Shown here piece after piece: positions 46,413 to 58,577 of a stretch of 64,000 nucleotides of DNA. This stretch comes from Zancudomyces culisetae HAW-14-8 (lineage: Eukaryota; Fungi; Kickxellomycota). The position numbers and the translations under genes are program-made. Each line of letters begins with the position of its first letter. The first letter of the stretch is position 1. Under the pieces are notes generated by a model that had not been told where the DNA came from, made no database searches, and was given only the letters and a program-made list of their open reading frames with translations. The stretch spans positions 248,001-312,000 of the forward strand of contig JBNJNM010000012.1 in assembly GCA_052426225.1 (NCBI GenBank), given 5' to 3'.

Positions 46413-47910
46413 CTGTAGAATCGAGTTGTTTGTATTCAGTACTTTCAATTATTTTCCTTTTTGTCTTGTATTTCAAAACCGGTCCCACAAGAATAGTGTG
46501 TGATAATTAAACTACTGGTGCCAGTTAAAAGTATTATATCATACTATGTTGTAAAGCGTCTAGCACAGTGCCCATAAATACACCCAGTTTAATGGTTAAA
46601 TTCACTAATATGAAGCGAAAAGTCAAAATATTATGTTCAGTACACCTTAGTTTATATTTAATATTATATCCGATTATATGTGTCTGAAAGGTGTGTTTTA
46701 AAAAATAAAAATGCATTTCATTGAATTATAAACTAATATAGGCAAAGACAAAACTCGAATGCAGCATTATTGTACCCTCTATATGTTTCCCTTCTGAATT
46801 TACCCTTGGTGTACATGTGACACAGTGACAATTGAATAATCATTAGTAAATCATTTTACCAGAATGCACAGTTCCTTTTTCTTTTTCCTTTCTGTTCTTC
46901 CTATTCCCTACATTTTACACATCATTTTTTATGCAAATTTCAGCCATGACATTGTATTTTGGCATATTTTTGATAGTGTGGATGTCCGCGTCATTTAAGC
47001 TGTGATGCTCCAATTCTATATAGGTCACTTGACTATGGTCAAATTAGAACGCAGGTTAAAAAAGGAATGGTAAATTTAATAAAGTGAGCAAACCCATATA
47101 CATCCTTTGGAGGTGATAGCATACAGGATATCAGCTGAAACTCTAATATCAAGTTGTCGTTATTTATATTCAGCATTTGAATGGAGGCTATGGCTAGCTA
47201 GCTTTGTGAAGAATCAGCGCTAAAATAATATGTGAATGTGTTTCGGCGCAGATAGTTGATATTTTTGCAATGGTAGCTGAGAAATGTAATGAGAAAAATG
47301 TATGAGGTATTTATGAACCATGTTCCCATGGGTAGAAGCACATATCAAACATCTTTTGGTTTTGAACACTTCAAACTTGGGTTTTAATAGCATGTGTTGT
47401 CTAAAAATTAGTACACGGGATCGCCAGGAATAGTGTTGTTGTTGTTTTTACATATTTTTACAAAGGTCTGTTAGTTTCTAGGTAGACTTACTTTTTACTT
47501 TGCATCCCTTTATTGACATAAATCAAAAATATAGCAAAAGAAAGTATAGACAAAAGTACATATAAAATAGAAAGACAAGATATGAATTTAACGCCAAAGC
47601 TAAAGGCTATTTGCCATACCCGGTCTAGCAGGTAAGGCATATTTGTGCGAAACCGTACATATCACCACAATAATAGGACAAAAGTGGCACATCTCACCCC
47701 CTCCCCTCCTCCCTTCAACTTTACTAATAGAATACAACGTCTCCTTAAACAAGCTCATTTACCACCGATAAAATCACATTAGTATTCAAACAAAAAAGAT
47801 TAACACCCATTGACATCATAATGAAAAAGGTACGAAAAAAGAGTAGATTTTAGATCAGAAAAGTGTAAATAACAAGAAAATGCCTTGTTGGTTTATTTAT
47901 TTGATACAGT

Positions 47911-49194
47911 TTAAACCTTATGGATCATAGCCTCACGCTCCACACCTACACCTATCCATTCAATTGGTACTTGAAGGTAGTCTTCGATAAATGTAATGAA
48001 TTTCTTGCAGTTTTCGGGAAGTTCCTCAAACTTTCTCATTTTGCTAATGCTGCAGTTCCATCCTGGGAATGTGGTGTAGACAACCTCGACGCGTGCCAAC
48101 TTGTTAAGGTCAGCTGGGAAAGCTTGGGTGGAAACACCGTCAATAATATACTCGGTAGCCATCTTTATTTCTTTGAAAGAGTCAAGAACATCGAGCTTAG
48201 TCAAGTTGAAGCTTGTATACCCGTTAATGATGGTAGAGTACTTGAGCATAACCAGATCCAACCATCCACAGCGACGTGATCTACCTGTAGTAACACCAAA
48301 CTCTGCGCCTATTTCTTGTAGCATTTTGCCATCTTCATCAAAGAGTTCAGTTGGGAATGGTCCCTCTCCGACACGTGTGGTGTATGATTTCACTACTCCA
48401 ATGACATTTCCTATAGATTTGGCAGGTATTCCGAGACCGGTGAGAACACCACCGATACCAGTATTTGAAGATGTTACGTAGGGATATGTTCCAAAGTCCA
48501 AATCCAAAAACAGAGCATTTGCACCCTCGACTAGAATTTTTTTGCCTGAAGCTAGCTCCTCGTGTAGATATTGAACTGAATCCACGACCATTGGTCTCAG
48601 TCTTTCCTTCAGAATGTCATACTTGGCTATTTCGGCTTCAATGTCGCATGTGAAACCTGCATATCTCTTTTCGTAGTTTTCAACAAGCTTTTTCAACCTT
48701 TGCCTAAATTCCTCTTTATTGTATAAGTCGTGAACTCTTATCCCTGATCTTGACGCTTTTGTTGAGTAAGTTGGTCCTATTCCTCTTCTTGTGGTACCTA
48801 TGCTAGAGGCTCCTAGTTCCATCTCGTTTAATCCATCAACAGTTTGATGGAAGTCGAAGACCAAATGACATCTATCTGAGACAAGAATGCGGGAATTTGT
48901 GCTCAGACCCTTCTTCTCGATATCGTCAAGCTCCTTAAATAACGATTCAAGATGAACAACAACTCCTGAGCCTATCAAGGCCGTGCAGCTTGGGCTGACT
49001 ATTCCTGATGGAAGCAAGTGGACGGCGTATTTGATACTGTCGACGACAATAGTATGGCCGGCATTGTTTCCACCCTGGCAACGTGCGCATACATCTGAAG
49101 TTGTGGAAAGCACGTCGCATAGCTTTCCTTTACCCTCATCGCCCCATTGCGCACCCAAGACCACGGTCACCTTGTTTCCGCTGTTGTTTTGCAT
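47911..49194 (-). CDS. ADE12: Adenylosuccinate synthetase, single exon
   Basis: [76 protein letters not shown]. Confidence 0.98.
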   Translation of the reverse strand: MQNNSGNKVTVVLGAQWGDEGKGKLCDVLSTTSDVCARCQGGNNAGHTIVVDSIKYAVHLLPSGIVSPSCTALIGSGVVVHLESLFKELDDIEKKGLSTNSRILVSDRCHLVFDFHQTVDGLNEMELGASSIGTTRRGIGPTYSTKASRSGIRVHDLYNKEEFRQRLKKLVENYEKRYAGFTCDIEAEIAKYDILKERLRPMVVDSVQYLHEELASGKKILVEGANALFLDLDFGTYPYVTSSNTGIGGVLTGLGIPAKSIGNVIGVVKSYTTRVGEGPFPTELFDEDGKMLQEIGAEFGVTTGRSRRCGWLDLVMLKYSTIINGYTSFNLTKLDVLDSFKEIKMATEYIIDGVSTQAFPADLNKLARVEVVYTTFPGWNCSISKMRKFEELPENCKKFITFIEDYLQVPIEWIGVGVEREAMIHKV

Positions 49195-50937
49195 CGCTAC
49201 TCGAAAATTTTTTTAGCTTTTGAATATTTGACAATAAAATACTTTATCGTGCCAAATATTAAAAAAAAAATTGAATGGAGGGGAGAAATGGATCTTTATA
49301 TGTTCGCTCTCCCCTCCCCCTCCATTCCATGCAATGTTTGGTTGATACAGTTTCTCCTTTTTTTTCCCGCTTTTCACTCCAGTAGCCTGAGATATCTGTA
49401 GATTAAATGTGGTTTATCTTTGATTTACATAATCCAAACACTTGCGTTACTATTCGTAGATTTTTGCCCACTTTTTTTTTTTTTTTGAAACTATCCTGTG
49501 GAAGGGAGGTGGAAAGGTTGCTAACAAACCAAAAGTGAGGGACGAGAAACCAAAGGAAAAAAATTTTTTTTTCACTATCAATTTGATCCTACCAATTAAA
49601 ATGGTGTGCTACTGATACCAATTGCCAAATTAATCCCATTTAAATGCGTTGCTCACAAAGGAAAAAGTACATGTAATGACAGAATAGAAAATCAAGTGGT
49701 ATGTTTTATGTTGTGCACTTTATTAATTGGTATAGGGTACAACGGATATAATCACCCTATTTCAACACTGGCCAAGGATATGTATACTCAGGCAAGTTGA
49801 TCTCGATGCATTTATTGTACACCACTAACATTTACCAGTATTCTTCCATGGGTCATTATTTTAAGATACTCTATTCCACCCATCGGCTTTGTAGTGGTGG
49901 TTGGTGTTTGGGAAACTAGTATCAATTATGTAAACGCACCCTACACAGTTATTGCATTTTTTTATACCCAGGTTGGGTATATACACTACATCTACAACTT
50001 TAGCTCAACAAAATGGGACCCAGTAGCACTTTACTAAGCCATCTAGTGATATTATGACACTCCGCCAAATAATATGGATATTCTATATGTGCAAGTATGC
50101 TAAGGGGTACCTGGGGCTAGGTAAAGAAGATAGAAGGCACTATAAAGATGATAACGCAAAACTTATGAGAATGTATTGATGGTTGCTTTTCAGTGTACGT
50201 CTACCACTGATAAACAGAGGCTGGTACCCATTGTATCAGCAAACAAACCTAGCTAATTAATATTCCTTTACCGCATGTTAGACACCAATAGCATTAAAAA
50301 AAACATAATAATGAGTTTTTTTTTTCAAGATGCTGTTCTTGCATATCTTGGATTGAGAGGTGTCAACCTAAATAATAGGAATAGTGCACTCAAAACGCAC
50401 AATCCTAACACTGGTTTCCTTGTTTTCCATACATGGTTGAATTGTATATTAAAAAAATTTTTTTGAGAAAAAGGTTACCAATATCAGTGGGTGTGGAGAT
50501 ACTGATGCATTTTAGATGCGCTAATTGTAAGGCAGTTTTTTTGTAAGGAGAAAATTGGCTTGTGAAAAAAGACCGCTTTTTCGTTAATTAATTTGCTTTA
50601 TCTTCGATTAATGGTCACTAAAAAAAATTAAGCCGATTGAGCTGGTCAAATGGCCATGCTGAAACACCAACTTACCCACAACTGTGCTAAAAAAAGCCCA
50701 AAAAGTCCAAAAAAAAAATCTAAAAAAAATAAAACATGCCCCACGCATTCAATGGTACCGCAAAAGCTAACTGGTGCTACAATTCTAATGCAAACGCTAA
50801 TTTCAGCTTAGTGATAATAAAACAACAAATACCTTGATTTTTCAACAAAAACGGAAAAAATCTCAAACTTTGCGATAAAGCTGATTTTACAAAACTTGGT
50901 AAGAATAGCAGTACCACTACTACAACAATAAACCACA

Positions 50938-52173
50938 ATGTTTAGAGTCAACACCTTGAACAGGCTTTCTATTTCCAAAAGGGTAAGTAGTTATTTTATG
51001 TTGCAATTTTATTAGTCATGTTTACCAAGATTCCCAAGAATTGAAAGCTACAATCTAAAATTATCCAACCTAATCAAAAAACCAGCTCTTCCAAACCCAA
51101 CATGCATCTCTATCCTCGCTGGTCTATGTAGAGCACAAGGGAAAGGCAGTAGATGGTGCCACACTCAGCACAATCACAGCCGCGAAGAAGCTAGGAGGTT
51201 CTGTCGCAGCATTGGTTGCAGGAAGTGATGCGGCTGAGCTTGCAAAACAGGTTTCCAAAATAGATGGAGTCGAAAAGGTGATTGTAGCAAACAATCCAGT
51301 TTTTGATCACCATCTTCCTGAAGTCATCGCCCCATTGGTTAAGGCTGTACAGGAGCACACCAAGAGTACACACGTATTGGCTGCACATTCTACAGTTGGT
51401 AAAGGATTTATGCCACGACTATCAGCATTGTTGGATGTTCAACAAATTTCAGATATCACTTCTGTTGAGGATGAAAGTACATTTGTTAGACCAATCTACG
51501 CAGGTGAGTAATTCGTATTAGTTAAAAACAAACATGTGGCTAGTTGTCAAAATGATCAAAGTTGCGAGAGAGAGAGAAAAAAGATGTTAAAATTTGGACG
51601 GTACTAAGCAAAAACGGATATAAAATTATAGGAAATGCAATGGCAACAGTCAAATCAAAAGACGAGATAAAACTTATTACCGTCCGTGGTACATCTTTTG
51701 CTGCAGCCACTACAAAAGATGCTGAGGCACCAGTAGAGGAAAGCCAGGCATCAGTAGCTGCATCCAAAACCACATGGGTAAAGGAGGACGTGGTCAAGGC
51801 AGACAGACCAGACTTGGCAACAGCCAAGAAGGTAATTGCTGGAGGCAGAGCAGTCAAGAGCGCTGATGGATTCAAGCTGATTACTGATCTTGCAGACAAA
51901 ATTGGTGCTGGAGTTGGTGCATCAAGAGCAGCTGTCGATGCTGGATACTGTGACAACTCACTACAAGTTGGACAAACAGGAAAGATAGTCGCACCAGATC
52001 TTTACATTGCAATTGGAATTTCTGGAGCCATCCAGCATCTTGCAGGAATGAAGGACTCTAAAGTTATTGTAGCAATTAACAAGGATGCGGACGCACCAAT
52101 TTTCCAAGTAGCCGACTATGGATTGGTGGGTGACTTGTTTGAACTTGTCCCAGAGCTTACCCAGAAGATTTAA
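50938..52173 (+). CDS. ETFA: Electron transfer flavoprotein alpha subunit, mitochondrial; 3 exons
   Basis: Presequence-like exon 1 ([15 protein letters not shown]|), FVRPIYA|[69 protein letters not shown]. Confidence 0.96.
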
Positions 52174-52678
52174 ATGCACCAGATATCCTTTATATGTTAT
52201 ATTGGCAAGTCCATAATAAAATTGTTTTCTATTGCAGATATCTTGACTTTCTTTTTTTGTATATCTTTGCTTTTTCTGTTGAGGGTGCAGAATAAACAGA
52301 TATTGGTTGCATTTGGCTTGTTTGCGGATATAAGGGTGGATAAAAAAGGTACTGATACAAAAAAAATACTTTGCATTTAATGTGATTTGAAACATTCATG
52401 TAAATTAAAGTTCGAAACTCCACATTTTCTTGGAAGGAGAGGAGTTTCGATAGCGAAATAAACGGTTTATTTGTTGTTGGTAAAGTGTTTTGCAATTTTA
52501 TTAGCATTTTCTGTGTATAAAAGTGATTCCAGAAAATATATACACAAGTCAACAACTCAAAGCTGAGTGAAAGTGTAAGGATAAAGAGGTAATTACAAGT
52601 AGTGTAGAGTAAGAAAAAAACACAACAAAAAAAGACGAAAACAAAGTTAAAAACAATAACAATAACAATAACAAAAAG

Positions 52679-55600
52679 ATGAGTAGTGGTGGGTTTCAAC
52701 TGAGGGAATTTAATTTCTTCAAAAGACACAGACTTGTGAATGTTCCAAATATCTTTTCAGACAAAGACACAATAGTATATTCGCCCAATATTGTGAATAG
52801 TGGAGGGTACAACGGATACAGTGGTTATGGTAAATATGGTAGCGAATACATGTTTGCAGCGAACAAACGGCGAGGATATGTGTATATTATAGATAGAGAA
52901 CTAAATTATGTCAAGTTTTTAGTATGCAAGGAGAATGAGGTTAATGACTGCAAGATTCTGAAGCTGCTGTATAATAAATCTTCCAACTGCCTTATCACAA
53001 TATCTGTAAGTTGTCTCTCTCTCTCTCCCTCTCTCTTCCTCGATTTGTAGTGTATTTCTAGTAAAAACTAAAACGATTCTTATATGCAAATTTTAATAGG
53101 AAGACTCAAGTTCCGGGTTTAATTTAACTGTAAGAGTATGGGACCTGAAAAAGTTGAAGTTTAGCGCTATTTTAGAAGAGCAGCGACGACAAAGGATGCA
53201 GAGGAGCGAGAGCAGCACCAGTAATAAAGATGGTGATGATGGTTCGACAACCAATGAAGATGGGCGGGGGAAAGTGGCTAAAGTCGCAAATGATAAAGCC
53301 GATGCTTTTAACGAAAGAGATGTAGAAAATATTCAGGACGATGCATTTGTGGTTGATCGGGAAACTCTAAAGGCTAGAAAGATTCCAATTAATCGTCTTG
53401 GAGAAATAAAATATCCAGTAAGTAGTTTATTTCTCATAGTAACCACATCTTAAATACCACACTTTCAGTTGTGTATATATGGCTTTGATTGAAAATCGGT
53501 AAAAATGAATGAAATAATAGATGGCAGCCATAACGATAAGTGAAGATATGAAAAGTATGGCTGTAGGATTTGCTGATGGTCAGATAATAGTATATAAAGG
53601 TGATCTTACAAACAAGGGCAAAAAGCTGAAGGAGTACAGCAGCCATAAGTTTGACGAAGCGATTACCAATATGCATTATACGGTTGGAACTGAGGGCGAA
53701 CGAAACTCTGTATTGTTTGTAACTACAACAGGGCAAATTTTAGTGATAAGCCGGGATACTGATTCAAAGTCTAAGGTTTGTGGGTTAATTGTATTTGGAG
53801 TATTAAATGGTGATAAATATTAGGAAGATGTGGTTGAATGTGGTTTTGGTATGGGAGAAAGTTAATGGGAGGAGAGAAGGAATGCAGATACTTAATTATA
53901 TGGATATTTATATATATATAGGTGGTACTGGAAAATAGAGGATGTGCGATGGGGGTTAGCACGATCAATAAGTTTGGAGAGCTGGTGGTTGGCCAGGATG
54001 AGGCAATTTATTTCTACAATCTGGATGGACGAGGACCATGCTTTGCATACGAGAGTAAAAAAGTGATGATTAGGCAGGTGGGAGAGAGATTAGTGTTACT
54101 TGTTAATGTGGAAACGGGAAAGATGGTGAGGAATAGAAACGGAGGAGTTGGAGATAGAAATGAGAGTGAAACGAGTAATGCAAATAAAGACAAATATTGG
54201 AATCCAAGTGCGTCCAACACCAAAGGAAAGGGTAAAACCAACGGTATAGGCAAGGGTAAAGATAGAGATGAGGGAGATGAGAACAAAATTACGAGATTTT
54301 CAATAATAGATATCAAGAATAAACTAGTTGCAGCTAGTAGTGAGATGGTAGGTGAAGAGGGGATAAAAGAGGTTGCGGTCAATTGGGGTGGGATATTTGT
54401 AGTAGGCAAAAGTGGAGGCCTGGACTATTTTGAGGAAGAGAAAACCAGCCGGAAGTTGGAAATATTATATCAACAGCACCAATACCCCCTTGCGATCAAG
54501 ATGTGTAGTGGTAAAATTGGGGGAGGAGGAGGAGGAGAAAAACGAGGAGAAGGATTGGAAGAAAGTGGGGACGAAGGAGAACAGGAAGAGGATGCAGAAT
54601 ATATTCTAGCACAGGTATATCAAAAATATGGGGACTATCTTATGGGAAAGAACGAGGCAGACTTGGCAGTAAACGAGTATGTTAAAACCATTGGCCAGGT
54701 TGAGGCATCGTATGTAATCTGTAAATTTCTTGAAGCACAGTACGTTGATCAGATGCAATACTACCTGGAAAAGCTAGTAGAAAAGAAGGCAGCCAATTCA
54801 GATCATGTGTTGTTGTTGCTAACATGTTATGCGAAAAACCAGAGAGAGGATTTGATGAATGAGTTTTTGGAAAACAATGATATGGCAGAGGAAGGAATAA
54901 TTAACGTGGAGCAGGCGATACGTGTTAGTCTAAAAGAAGGACAGCTTAAAGTAGCATTGGGGCTTGCACGGAGGTATAGACATGTAGAAACCGAAATAGA
55001 AATATTGGTACACTATATTAAAGATCATCGGATGGCATTGGAGAGTATTATGGATTTGTACCTGGGTAAAAAAAGTCAAGAAAATACAGGTGCATTTGCT
55101 GATGCAAGTGTAGTAGAAAGACGGGCGGAGCAAATGATGCTTTTTTTTGGCAAAACAATTGTTGCGAGCGAGCCAGAGGCACTTGTTGAAGCCGTATTGA
55201 AATTGGTTGTCAAAAATCGCTGCACATCTTCATCAACTCGTGAGCTAGCTGCGAATAAGTGGTTTAGCCAAAGAATTTACCGCTTTTCTGTGCTTTTTGA
55301 TGGATATCCCGAATGGCTTATCTTGTATTACGAAAGGGCTATTGAGTATCAATTCGGAATTGGAGATATGTTGCAATTACAACAACCACAAACGACACCA
55401 CTGTCGGGTCAGGTAGAGCTGGGTACGAGTTTTGGAAGAAAAACTGCAACTGCAATTGCAATTGCAATTGCAACTGCAACTACAACTACAACCGGAACTG
55501 ATGTTAAAAATAAAACAGAATTGGATATAAACAAGATCCTTTTGGACAATAGAATCTTGGTTGATATTCTGAACAAGCTCTTGGAACTTTATTTAACAAA

Positions 55601-56522
55601 AACCACCAACGGAAATGAAAGAAAGTGTACCGAGATTATCAAAATTTTAGCTACATTTGATTCTTACTACAAAATCTTATCTACACAACATAAAAACAAC
55701 AATGACGTGTCGGATGGTGACAACAACACCAGTAATGGTCAGCGACTAGTTGGGCTTGGAATAAGCAACTACCAACCAAACACACCCAACACTAGTTTGT
55801 TTAAAACACCTATTGTAGACTACGACTATATTCAGATGTTGTGTTCAATGTGCAACTATCAAAAAGCATTGGCGGCTTTGCTGGAGTTTAGTGGTAAGAC
55901 TGATGCAACCAAACTTGTTGACTTTTATTTCAGCAACATTAACAACCAGCCTTTTACCGATATTGGCAGTGATGATGGCGAAAAAGAAACCCGTAAAAAT
56001 GTAGATGCAATACTCTCGTTGTTGGATGCATATCCTAACGACGACGCACTTTTTATAAACACGCTAAAATTGACAGCAAGTAGCAGCGGCCTTTCAGAGA
56101 CTTTGCGAAAGAACATGGTTGGGCAGATTCTTGGCAGAATAGAGAGGACGCAAGTACTTGATCCAATCCGCGTGCTAACACTCTTATCAAAAAACAACAT
56201 GCCTACCATTAACTTTGGAATGGTTAAAGAATATCTCAAATCCGTATTCGAAAGACAAAAATCACTAATCAACCAAAACGAAGCACTGCTAGCCGAACAA
56301 AAATCAAAAAACAAATCCATAACTGCTCAGATCGACGAATACCACCAGGATGTTATTGTTTTTAGCCGTGCTAAAATCTGCAACATCTGCCTAAACACTC
56401 TTGATGAGTTTCTTCCCATTGCTTACTTTATGTGCAAGCACTCCTTTCACTACAACTGCGTTTTAAACAAATGCAACAACGACCCTGAACGTTTACTCTG
56501 TCCCGTTTGCAAGTTCGTGTAG
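52679..56522 (+). CDS. VPS11: HOPS/CORVET subunit Vps11 (Pep5); 4 exons
   Basis: N-terminal REFNFF, AVGFADGQIIVYKGDL, DEAIYFYNLDGRGPCFAYE, KYGDYL..YVKTIGQVEASYVICKFLEAQ, LLLTCYAK, C-terminal RING-H2 (CNIC..FMCKHSFHYNC..CPVC). Confidence 0.93.
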
Positions 56523-56582
56523 TTTGTAATTTTCTTCCTACCCTCCGTTTTTCTTTTTCTTTTTCTTTTTTTTGATTACTAC

Positions 56583-57904
56583 TCAGTCGCTTTCAAACTT
56601 TAAGAAATCTATTCCCTTCAAAATTTGCTTAACTAGTGTCGCTTGCATTTCTTTACCAGAAATTTTTACTTTTTTCTCTCCCTGAATTTCAACGTGGTCT
56701 GGAATCCTTCTTATAGCAACTATCGTTCGTTTCCATGGATCAAACTCGGTTATTACTGAACCAGTCTCTGAATCTGGATTTACATCCGTTCCATAACACT
56801 CTCCTCCACTTTCTCTCAAGATAACAGATGCTGCTGCAAAATCCCAAATGTGTGGTCCGTTTTCAAAGTACATGTCTGCATGTCCCGCCGACAGTTGGCA
56901 CATATCAACACTTGCCGCTCCAATTATCCGCAGGTTTTGCACTCTATATTCGCTGCTGCCTGAAAGCAATCTTCTCATTGTATTCGTTCGCTTTTCAATC
57001 ACTGCATCAGTACGATCTGAACCATGTTCTGTTATCACTGATGCCTTTGAAAGCGTTAGTAGCGGATTGTTTCTGAATAATGGTAACATTTGTGCCTTTT
57101 CGGTAAGCAGCTTAAACAGCTCGACTCCATTCTCCTTTACTTCTTCCTCTTTCTGATTAATAAACATTTGTGATATAACATCATACCCGTTTTTAATTAG
57201 ATACGACCCTTGACCTTTCAGCCCAAAGTACAAATCTTCGGTTATCGGCAGATATACCACCCCTATCCTCAGATCATTCTTTCCTATTCCCATTCCTATA
57301 CTGATTGCAGTTAGTGGAAATCCGTGTACGAAATTATTTGTTCCATCGATAGGGTCAATGAACCAGACGTGTTCCTGTGCTTGGATCTTTTCTTTTGGAC
57401 TGCCAGTGCCTTCATTTCCACTATAACTTTCTTCGCCAATAAATCTATTTCATTATATTTATTTTCTTTAGTTTTAGCTCTATTATCCGCTTATTCATCA
57501 CCTTCTCCCTTTTGTTTATCTCCTTGTTCTTAAACGAGTTTAACTTGTAAACATGGTAATTAAATACACATATATACTACGCCCTACTTCAACTCCTTGG
57601 GAATCAGCTGTCTTTCATTCTTTCATTCTTTTACCTACCTGTCATCTTGGTACCGTTTTGAGAATTCATCAATAAGCAAATCCTCGATATGCTTATCTAC
57701 AATCGTAACCACATCCATCTCATTTCCCATCTTGCTAATTTGACCAATACTGTCGTGATCCCCAATGTTACCAGTGCTAATATCCCCAGCATTACTGTAC
57801 TTGCCCTGGCGCCAGAACCCCTGTTTAAACTCTGGTCCCGCAAAAAGTACACCTAGTTTTATTGCGGTTACAAGTTTAGATTTCAGCAGTGCAATCTCAT
57901 CCAT
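56583..57904 (-). CDS. Inositol monophosphatase; 2 exons
   Basis: DVVTIVD, FIGEE, WFIDPIDGTNNFVHGFP, LRIIGAA, HIWDFAAASVILRESGG; one GT-AG intron (about 57445-57638). Confidence 0.93.
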
Positions 57905-58577
57905 GGTTTTTGTATTTTTCCCGTTTTGTATTTTGTAAAAATCGTAATGTGAGTAAAAGAAAATATAAAAGGAAAAGGTTAAAGGAAGGAAATATGATTA
58001 TAGCTTTGAGTTATCACAAAACAAAGCAAGAAATACTCGTAGAATTATAATTCCATCAGCGATCAATTAGAAATTTCCTTGTTCTGATTGTTTAATCAGC
58101 CTGTTTACCTGTCATTTTCTCCAATTGTCAGCTAACTGTTGTTTTCTATCATTACACTAAAATCAAGACAAAAAAAAGGCTAATGGAATTTCGGCAGTGT
58201 TGTAAGTATATAACAATTACAAACTAGCCATATCTTCAGAAAAAAAACCTTGGGTTCAGCAAACATTTAACACGCTGCGGTAGTCACCAAGTTTACTATG
58301 ATACTTTTAGCCATTACAACGATGACCTTTACCAAAAAGCTATGCAAAGTTGTGTAGATGTGTTTGAAGCAGCAATTTATTTATAGGAATATACTCTCCC
58401 TCTCCCCTCCCCCCCTCTTTTACTGTTAATGACTATCAGTAGGTTGGACTAGATGCTATGGTGAATATATTTTACAAAAAGAAATGTATAAAGAAGGACG
58501 AAGTTATAATAATAAATTTAAGGTTTTTATCCCCTGCTCAGGTCTTTGGCTCTTTTTTTTTTAATTTTCTTTCTAAT

